IMG/VR virus record: IMGVR_UViG_3300049595_003752
Location: 1 to 12,162 of that record
Length of the DNA stretch: 12,162 nt
Source: a virus
Lineage: Duplodnaviria > Heunggongvirae > Uroviricota > Caudoviricetes
Direction: 5' to 3' (one strand)
The translations under genes were made by a program, and so were the position numbers. Under the pieces are notes generated by a model. It worked only from the letters and a program-made list of their open reading frames with translations, did no database searches and had not been told where the DNA came from. Of this stretch, positions 6,037-12,162 are shown piece after piece (positions within the stretch are counted from its first letter, which is position 1; every line of letters begins with the position of its first letter).

Positions 6037-6531
6037 GTGGATAATATTTTAAACATAACAGGTAGGATTGTTTTTGATCCTGATAACGTAACTCGTAAAC
6101 ACAATCGTCAGGCTGATTGGAAGCGTATTGCGATGGTTGTTTTTGAAGATGATACTGCAGAGTATTATTCTTGGTTTATTAAACGTAGATACGGTATTAC
6201 TTTGAACAAACCTTTACGTGGACCACACATTACATTTGTTAACGACTCTGTTAGGGAAATTAATGGTGGTGATAAAGTGTGGGAAGAAGTTAGAAAAAAG
6301 TGGGATGGCAAAGAAATTGAAGTTACCTTAAACTTGGATGTTCGTACCAATATTGAGTATTGGTGGTTAAGAGCAAGTTCTGAAAGTTTTAACCTTGTTA
6401 GAGAGGAACTTGGTCTTGGTGAACCTTATTTTAGTTATCACATGACCGTTGGGTTCCCAAATGAGAGAAACATCGAACAATCGGAATACATACACAATTT
6501 AATTATGAAATTCGGTGGAGAATATAATTGA
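6037..6531 (+). CDS. 2H phosphoesterase superfamily protein (164 aa)
   Basis: Two HxT motifs about 70 aa apart: PHITFV (His64) and YHMTVG (His135), the hallmark of the 2H fold. Size is typical of stand-alone phage 2H enzymes. Confidence 0.88.
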   Translation: MDNILNITGRIVFDPDNVTRKHNRQADWKRIAMVVFEDDTAEYYSWFIKRRYGITLNKPLRGPHITFVNDSVREINGGDKVWEEVRKKWDGKEIEVTLNLDVRTNIEYWWLRASSESFNLVREELGLGEPYFSYHMTVGFPNERNIEQSEYIHNLIMKFGGEYN

Positions 6532-6567
6532 TTCTCTACCGATTTTTTTTTATTCTTATATAAAAAT

Positions 6568-6921
6568 ATGGGTAAAATGAATGAAAATTATTTACTAAAC
6601 AATTACTTTGTAGTTTCAGGTATGACAATGAATTATCCTGTTGTCGATACTGACTACGTATCTTTATATACTGGTTCAAGTTTTTATAACAAATCCGACC
6701 AAATTATTAGTATTAAAAGAAAAGATGTATCTTTTATTAAGAAAGAATTACCAAAGTTTAGTATGCAAGAAACACCAAAATTATTTATTGGTGATTTGAG
6801 TGAACAAGATATGGAGTATTTCCAAAAAAGGTTATTTGAGGCACTTAAATTACCTAATTGGTTGAGTGCAACATCTTATGGTATATCAGATTTAAATATA
6901 AATTATGATGAATTTCATTAA
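6568..6921 (+). CDS. Hypothetical protein (117 aa)
   Basis: ORF co-oriented within the cluster, with an A-rich leader. No motif recognised. Confidence 0.75.
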   Translation: MGKMNENYLLNNYFVVSGMTMNYPVVDTDYVSLYTGSSFYNKSDQIISIKRKDVSFIKKELPKFSMQETPKLFIGDLSEQDMEYFQKRLFEALKLPNWLSATSYGISDLNINYDEFH

Positions 6922-6963
6922 TCATCTACAGAGTAAAATTTAAAATTAATATAATTGTTTTTT

Positions 6964-7920
6964 ATGGGAAAAAGAGAATTAAAAGAACAAAATAAAAATT
7001 TGGAAATCCATGTTGTGGATTTGATAGACAAATTTAACCCAAGTGGGACTAACAAATACACTAGTTTTCTAACTAAAATATTACAAAATAAATTAGAAGA
7101 AGAAAAAAAACGTGTTAAAAAAGGTCGTCTTAGGACAATCCAAAATGTTGTTCGTGTGTTTGAAAGACCAAAAGGTCATGATGATTTGGAAGATGTCTTG
7201 ATTAGTTATTTAATGGAAGTTTATGGAAGAGAAAACATAGATGCTTTACATTCTTTCCATAAACACAGCCAAGAAAACAGAATTACAGGAAAAGATATTA
7301 ATTCTTATAAATCTTGGGAAGAAATGCAGAAAGATGTTGCTTTAGCAACACTAAAACAAAATCAAAAATTACTTGAAAAAGAAGTTCAAAAAGTTTTTGA
7401 AAACGATGAATGGTTAATTGTACGTCCATTAACAGTTGAGTCTTCATTAACTTACGGTGCTGGGACTAAATGGTGTACAGCATCAAGACATAACAAAGAA
7501 TATTTTTATCGTTATTCAAAAAACGGTGTTTTGTGTTACGCAATAAATAAAAATGACGGTGATAAATATGGTTTATTTTACGATATGCAAAATTCAGAAC
7601 TTAGTATTTGGGATGCTCCTGACAGAAGAATTGACTCTGTTGAATCTTCTATTCCATTTGAAATAATGTCTAATACGTATAAATTCATGAAAAATGAAAA
7701 ACCAAATTATACTTATTTTTCTGATTTAGAAAAAGAAAAATGTGATAAATATTATAGTGAAGTAAAAATGGAAGAACTAATACCTACGGTTGACTATGAA
7801 GAAGGTCAAAATCAATTTGATCTTGAACCATTGACAGAAGAATATGGGTACGCGGAAGAAGTGAGTGATGAAATATGTGACGAAATTGATGAACAAGTTA
7901 GACCTAATCTAGAATGGTAA
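6964..7920 (+). CDS. 'YG-x4-WC' domain protein (possibly PcfJ-related), paralogue of 2490..3959, with acidic C-terminal tail
   Basis: NPSGTNKY...KDINSY...KVFENDEWLIVRPLTVESSLTYGAGTKWCTAS. ATG 6964 is preferred over TTG 6955. TATAAT lies at 6950-6955. Confidence 0.88.
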   Translation: MGKRELKEQNKNLEIHVVDLIDKFNPSGTNKYTSFLTKILQNKLEEEKKRVKKGRLRTIQNVVRVFERPKGHDDLEDVLISYLMEVYGRENIDALHSFHKHSQENRITGKDINSYKSWEEMQKDVALATLKQNQKLLEKEVQKVFENDEWLIVRPLTVESSLTYGAGTKWCTASRHNKEYFYRYSKNGVLCYAINKNDGDKYGLFYDMQNSELSIWDAPDRRIDSVESSIPFEIMSNTYKFMKNEKPNYTYFSDLEKEKCDKYYSEVKMEELIPTVDYEEGQNQFDLEPLTEEYGYAEEVSDEICDEIDEQVRPNLEW

Positions 7921-8114
7921 AAAAAGGGGTATATAGAGACGGTAAAGTACATACTCATGAGCATGTGGTTCATGATGTTGAACGTACTTTAGATTGGTGG
8001 CCAAATGCCAATCAAGAAGTTGAGTTTGAATTACTAAACGGCAAAGCAATAATTAAATCTTTGGGTAGGATGTTAAAATCTGAAGATGCTGATAAATATT
8101 GTAGAGATTTCTAA
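7914..8114 (+). CDS. Small hypothetical protein (66 aa)
   Basis: Start overlaps the upstream stop, suggesting coupling. Ends just before a terminator. Confidence 0.7.
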   Translation: MVKKGVYRDGKVHTHEHVVHDVERTLDWWPNANQEVEFELLNGKAIIKSLGRMLKSEDADKYCRDF

Positions 8115-8119
8115 TTAAG

Positions 8120-8142
8120 ACCCTGAGTAATCAGGGTTTTTT
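8120..8142 (+). terminator. Intrinsic terminator
   Basis: ACCCTGA-GTAA-TCAGGGT (GNRA loop) followed by TTTTT. Confidence 0.88.
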
Positions 8143-8153
8143 ATTTTTATCGG

Positions 8154-8161
8154 ATATTTAT
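8154..8161 (+). promoter_or_regulatory. ATATTTAT motif (putative phage late promoter)
   Basis: GATATTTAT immediately after a terminator and 6 nt before ATG 8168. Confidence 0.55.
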
Positions 8162-8167
8162 TTAAAG

Positions 8168-9523
8168 ATGAATAATATCCGTAAAATTACTCGTAAAACC
8201 TTATTAAATGAAGTCGCAGGTATTTCATTCATAGTGCGTAAATGGGCTGACATTTTAGAAAAAGAAGTGAACCAACAAATGGAGGCTCACAGAAAAACTG
8301 AAATGGAAAAAATCCAAAACCAACCTAAAAAAGAAGAACCAAAGTACTCACAATCTTCATTTGATTTTCTTGAGAAAGAAACTGACGATAAAAAGAATGA
8401 TCCTTTTTATTGGGAAGATGAATCGGGTTATGGTTCGGGTAGTAAGTACAAAAATGACGATGATTATTTTAGTTCTTGGAAAAAGAATAAAAATAAAGAT
8501 TGGAAGGAACGTGAAGGTGGTTATTATAAAAAAAGATTTAAGTCAGATGATGACTACGGTTATACTAAAAGTAGTTATGGTAGAAGTTATGGCAGTTATG
8601 GAAGTTACACACCTAGACCTAGTATACCACCGTTAGAAGAAATTGTGGTTATGGGTGAGAAATACCCTGAAGAATACAAACAATTTTCTGTTGATAAATG
8701 GGTTATGAAAAGTAGTAATCGTATTGAGTATGACCATCGGCATTCTGGATACGATGAAGAAGGAAAATACGTTGTTTACTTCAATATACCAATTGCTTCA
8801 ATGAGTAAAGGGGCTTTCATACATGAGATTAAACACGCTTATGATGATTGGAACAGAATGAGTCATGGTGGTAAACCTATCCGTGATAGTTGGGAAATTA
8901 AAAATATATACACCCCTGATTTTGAAAAGTTAGTATTGGGAGGTAGCTCAAGATATCCACAACTTGGTTCATTAATTCGTAATTTTTATTTAGGTTCTAG
9001 TTTAGAAACTCCAGCTTATCTAGAAAATGAATATGATGGTACTGGTGTTGGTTACCAAGAAATTGGTAGAAAACTAAAAAACTTTAAAATAGATAGTTAT
9101 TTCAACAAACAAGGAGAACTTGCTAAGGGACTTGAGGAAGAATTTGAGGAAATGAAAAAACTCGACATCCCTCTGTTTAAGAAATTTAATAACGTAACCG
9201 ATTTTTTAAATTGGGTTAAAAAGTATTTTAACAAAAGAGGTGAAGACATTTTTAAACGTGTTATTAAAATGAAATATGTACACGGTAAACCTTTAGACCC
9301 TTTTGAACCAAAACCTTATAAACCAGTTTATACCGGAACTTACCAACCCAAGACACAAACTAAAACTAAAAAAGAATTACCGAAAGAAGATGACCCTTGG
9401 GCAGATTTTGAAGAAGGTGAAATGATGGGTGATTGGAAATTCTCAAAAGAAAGAGGATGGTATCACGTTGGTGAGGAGAATGGTGGTAAAAATGATGATT
9501 ATTACGATTATTATAATTACTAA
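8168..9523 (+). CDS. Zincin-like (HExxH) metallopeptidase with low-complexity N- and C-terminal regions (451 aa)
   Basis: FIHEIKHAYD (His219, nt 8822-8836) with a downstream ETPAY as candidate third zinc ligand. D/Y/S/G-rich region before the domain and a D/Y/E-rich tail. N-terminal leader MNNIRKITRKTLLNE. Confidence 0.8.
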   Translation: MNNIRKITRKTLLNEVAGISFIVRKWADILEKEVNQQMEAHRKTEMEKIQNQPKKEEPKYSQSSFDFLEKETDDKKNDPFYWEDESGYGSGSKYKNDDDYFSSWKKNKNKDWKEREGGYYKKRFKSDDDYGYTKSSYGRSYGSYGSYTPRPSIPPLEEIVVMGEKYPEEYKQFSVDKWVMKSSNRIEYDHRHSGYDEEGKYVVYFNIPIASMSKGAFIHEIKHAYDDWNRMSHGGKPIRDSWEIKNIYTPDFEKLVLGGSSRYPQLGSLIRNFYLGSSLETPAYLENEYDGTGVGYQEIGRKLKNFKIDSYFNKQGELAKGLEEEFEEMKKLDIPLFKKFNNVTDFLNWVKKYFNKRGEDIFKRVIKMKYVHGKPLDPFEPKPYKPVYTGTYQPKTQTKTKKELPKEDDPWADFEEGEMMGDWKFSKERGWYHVGEENGGKNDDYYDYYNY

Positions 9524-9542
9524 ATTGGTAATCGATAAAAGT

Positions 9543-9567
9543 AACCCCGATTAATTTGGGGTTTTTT
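9543..9567 (+). terminator. Intrinsic terminator
   Basis: AACCCC-GATTAATTT-GGGGTT followed by TTTT, downstream of the 9523 stop. Confidence 0.8.
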
Positions 9568-9586
9568 GTGCCAACTTTTTATTGAG

Positions 9587-9594
9587 ATATTTAT
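9587..9594 (+). promoter_or_regulatory. ATATTTAT motif (putative phage late promoter) upstream of the kinase cassette
   Basis: GATATTTAT after a terminator and 4 nt before ATG 9599. Confidence 0.55.
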
Positions 9595-9598
9595 TGTT

Positions 9599-11203
9599 AT
9601 GTTAACAAAATTAAAAATATATATAACACTAGCAGTACTAGTAATGTTAGTATTTTTTATAGTAAAAACCTTCGTATTACTAGAAATCACACAATCAACA
9701 CCCATAACTCGTGGGATTGAATATACCTGTTTTTTACTTTTTATACCAATTTTTGTCTTTATAACCAAAGAGTATTCATCAAGTAAAAATAATAGGCTTA
9801 TTAATGAACTAAAAGAGTTTGATAGGTTTGTTGACCGTTCTGTTTTGGTTAGTAGAGCTGACGCTAAAGGTAAAATAACTTACGTAAATAAAAAATTCCA
9901 AGAAGTTTCGGGTTGGTCTTTGGATGAAGTTGTTGGTAAAGACCATAACATAGTTAACTCAGGTACACACCCGAAAGAATTTTGGTCTGAAATGTATAGA
10001 GTAACAGTTAAAGAAAGAGATATATGGAACGCTATTTGTACCAACAGAAATAAGAAAGGTGAATTATATTGGGTTGATTCTTATATTAAAGCAGAGTTTG
10101 ATGAAAATGGTAAACTCAAAGGTTTTATGTCTATTAGATATGATGTTACAGAACTAAAGAAAAAAGAAGTAGAAATACGTAATAGAATGAATGCAATAAA
10201 CAAATCTAATGCGGTTATTGAGTTTGATTTAGAAGGGAACATTGTTTTTGCTAATGACTTGTTTTTAGGTACTATGGGATATTCATCACAAGATGAGGTT
10301 GTCGGAAAACACCACAGAATTTTTATAGATGATGAATATTCAAAAAGTGATGACTATTCTCTTTTTTGGAAAAAATTAAATAATGGTGAGTTATTTTCAG
10401 GTGAAATTGTTAGAGTCAAAAAAGATGGGTCTTTAGTATATCTACAGGCAACTTACAATCCTATTATTGGTACAGATGGTAAAATTTATCGTGTTATGAA
10501 AATTGCGACCGATGTAACTAGTTCTTATGAACAAAAGAAAGAGATTGAAAAGAAAAATACTTATCTAGAACACGCTGCTAAAATATTAAGACATGATATG
10601 CACTCAGGGATTAATACTTATATGCCAAGAGGAGTTAACTCATTAGAAAGAAGATTATCTCAAGAAGATATAACTAACCTTAAAATTGAGGCACCACTTA
10701 AAATGATTAAGGAAGGTCTTAAACACTCACAAAAAGTTTATAAAGGGGTTTATGAGTTTACCAATCTAGTTAAGAAAGATGTGGTATTAAACAAGACCGA
10801 ATGTAATGTAAAAAATATTCTTGCAGATTATTTATCATCAACGGCTTATATAAGTCAGGTGATATTAGACGATAATTTACCAACCCTTGAACTTAATGAA
10901 CCGTTGTTCTGTACCGCAGTTGATAATCTAATTAGGAATGGCTTAAAATATAATGACTCCGAAACAAAGTTTGTTAAGGTCTATGGTGACGATGATTCAG
11001 TTGTCATACAAGATAACGGTAGAGGTATTACCCAAGACGATTTTAATTATTTATCCAAACCTTATACAAGAAAAGAAGGTCAAAAAGAATCTGGGACTGG
11101 GTTAGGGTTAAATATTTGTGTCGCAATCTTGGAAGAACATAAGTTTAAGATTACTTGTGAGAAGAATGAAATTGGTACTAAAATGAAAATAAAAATAAAA
11201 TAA
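9599..11203 (+). CDS. Membrane-anchored PAS-PAS sensor histidine kinase
   Basis: Two N-terminal hydrophobic helices. Two PAS/PAC domains (ITYVN..F..VSG...NR.KKGELYWV; IEFDLEG.I.FAN..FL.TMGY...GKHH...ATYNPI). H-box LRHDMHS (His at 10592). N box DNLIRNGLKYN, G1 QDNGRGI, G2 GTGLGL. Start moved to ATG 9599 because the track's GTG 9566 lies inside the terminator. Confidence 0.95.
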   Translation: MLTKLKIYITLAVLVMLVFFIVKTFVLLEITQSTPITRGIEYTCFLLFIPIFVFITKEYSSSKNNRLINELKEFDRFVDRSVLVSRADAKGKITYVNKKFQEVSGWSLDEVVGKDHNIVNSGTHPKEFWSEMYRVTVKERDIWNAICTNRNKKGELYWVDSYIKAEFDENGKLKGFMSIRYDVTELKKKEVEIRNRMNAINKSNAVIEFDLEGNIVFANDLFLGTMGYSSQDEVVGKHHRIFIDDEYSKSDDYSLFWKKLNNGELFSGEIVRVKKDGSLVYLQATYNPIIGTDGKIYRVMKIATDVTSSYEQKKEIEKKNTYLEHAAKILRHDMHSGINTYMPRGVNSLERRLSQEDITNLKIEAPLKMIKEGLKHSQKVYKGVYEFTNLVKKDVVLNKTECNVKNILADYLSSTAYISQVILDDNLPTLELNEPLFCTAVDNLIRNGLKYNDSETKFVKVYGDDDSVVIQDNGRGITQDDFNYLSKPYTRKEGQKESGTGLGLNICVAILEEHKFKITCEKNEIGTKMKIKIK

Positions 11204-11216
11204 AAAAAGAAAAAAT

Positions 11217-11648
11217 ATGATTGATTCAATTTTATTAGTGGATGATGAGGACTTATTCCACTTGGTTTTTGAGGATAGTTGTTCCTTATTAGACATTACT
11301 TTGTCATTAAAAAGTTTAAATAGTTCTGACGAGGCCGCTAAATTATTTGCCGATTGGCAAAAGAATCCAAACGGTAAACCTGAATGTGTGTTTGTGGATT
11401 TAAATATAATCGGTTCGTCCTTTGACGGTATTGAACTTATCCGTAAGGTTAATTTTGAATATGGTAATAACGTAGTTATTGGTATTATATCTTCGAGTAA
11501 CGAAGCGGAAGAACAGGCGAAAGCCATTCAAGCCGGAGCTCAATTTTGGATAATAAAATCTGATGATATTGAACCTCGTTTAGAAGAATTTAGAAAAGAT
11601 TATGAAGGTTATAAAAATAGAACTGCACCATTTAAGGTGTATAAATAA
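11217..11648 (+). CDS. Single-domain response regulator (CheY-like receiver)
   Basis: ILLVDDED acidic pocket, phosphoacceptor VFVDLNI, ISSS (Ser/Thr switch) and WIIKS (conserved Lys). No output domain. Confidence 0.93.
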   Translation: MIDSILLVDDEDLFHLVFEDSCSLLDITLSLKSLNSSDEAAKLFADWQKNPNGKPECVFVDLNIIGSSFDGIELIRKVNFEYGNNVVIGIISSSNEAEEQAKAIQAGAQFWIIKSDDIEPRLEEFRKDYEGYKNRTAPFKVYK

Positions 11649-12162
11649 TGATTAAACTTAACAAAGAAACTAAAAAAGAATTAATTGAATTATTAAATTC
11701 TAAAAACATTGCTTTAGAGGGTAATATAGTTAAATTATTTGATACTGAGGGTGATGTTGAGTTTGAAAAATATTTAAAAACTTGTTCTGAGAAAGATAAA
11801 GATAATAGAAAAAAACGTTTAGAAATTACTAGACAGGTACAACAACAAAATAGAGACCTTACCAATCTTAATAGTGAAAATGAAAAAATAATGGTAGAAT
11901 TACAAGATACATTAAAAAGTGTCGAAGATTCTAAAATTACTTTTGAGGTTCAAAATCGTGAACTAAACGAATGGAAACAGGATAATTTAAGGTTAACCGA
12001 AGAATTAAAAAATGAAATGGTTAAATCCGAACAAGCCAGAATAGAAGCTGAGAAATCTAAAGAAGTTGCTTTAAATGATTTAGATTTATTACAGAAAAAA
12101 ACTCAAACAGAACTTATCGGTACAATAGTTAGGGTGGCTTTAATTGTAATACTTAGTGTTGG
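11648..12162 (+). CDS. Coiled-coil protein entering a probable transmembrane helix (partial, runs off the window end)
   Basis: TAATG overlap with the receiver stop. The frame is open to the window end: MIKLNKETKKELIELLNSKNIALEGNIVKLFD...RKKRLEITRQVQQQNRDL...LDLLQKKTQTELIGTIVRVALIVILSV. Missing from the ORF track because there is no stop codon in the window. Confidence 0.88.
   Translation, partial: MIKLNKETKKELIELLNSKNIALEGNIVKLFDTEGDVEFEKYLKTCSEKDKDNRKKRLEITRQVQQQNRDLTNLNSENEKIMVELQDTLKSVEDSKITFEVQNRELNEWKQDNLRLTEELKNEMVKSEQARIEAEKSKEVALNDLDLLQKKTQTELIGTIVRVALIVILSV

Noticed and set aside
6165-6350. 61-aa - strand ORF
   Set aside because: Antisense to the 2H phosphoesterase gene.
8361-8636. 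91-aa alternative-frame ORF inside the metallopeptidase gene
   Set aside because: An off-frame reading of a low-complexity tract (M/V/I/K-rich), with no independent start signals.
9520-9768. 82-aa - strand ORF, and the track's GTG 9566 start for the kinase
   Set aside because: The ORF is antisense to the kinase 5' end and crosses a terminator. GTG 9566 lies in the terminator T-run upstream of the ATATTTAT motif, so ATG 9599 is preferred.
11108-11865. - strand ORFs 11108..11527 and 11632..11865
   Set aside because: Antisense shadows of the kinase, the receiver and the coiled-coil gene.
1-12162. Alternative genetic code (stop-codon reassignment), as seen in some large phages
   Set aside because: Genes are full-length and densely packed under code 11, and TAA, TGA (infC, 2H gene) and TAG (471-aa gene) all appear to act as stops.

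Overview
This AT-rich, gene-dense 12-kb window is best read as part of a large (jumbo/huge) bacteriophage genome. A Bacteroidota host is suggested, by inference, from a Bacteroidota-like IF3, a Bacteroidota-style signal peptide and one TAnnTTTG promoter element. Recognisable genes are: a stand-alone infC (IF3) with an ATG/TTG start; a 2H phosphoesterase; two paralogues sharing a 'WLxVxPLTxxxSxxYGxxxxWC' domain; an HExxH metallopeptidase with SYG-rich low-complexity segments; and a translationally coupled membrane PAS-PAS histidine kinase, stand-alone receiver and coiled-coil/membrane protein cassette. The 630-bp intergenic region (3960-4591) holds a promoter-to-terminator non-coding unit with two divergent tRNA-like elements that share the same 8-nt anticodon loop, CAUUCCUG (Gly-like). 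Several genes carry an upstream ATATTTAT motif, and an overlapping set has a basic-hydrophobic N-terminal leader ending in (L/I)xE. One of these proteins is divided into modules by a repeated (L/M)xESE(D/E)(D/E)F(G/D)W linker, suggesting a protease-processed virion polyprotein. All functional calls come from motif reading only; no searches were run.
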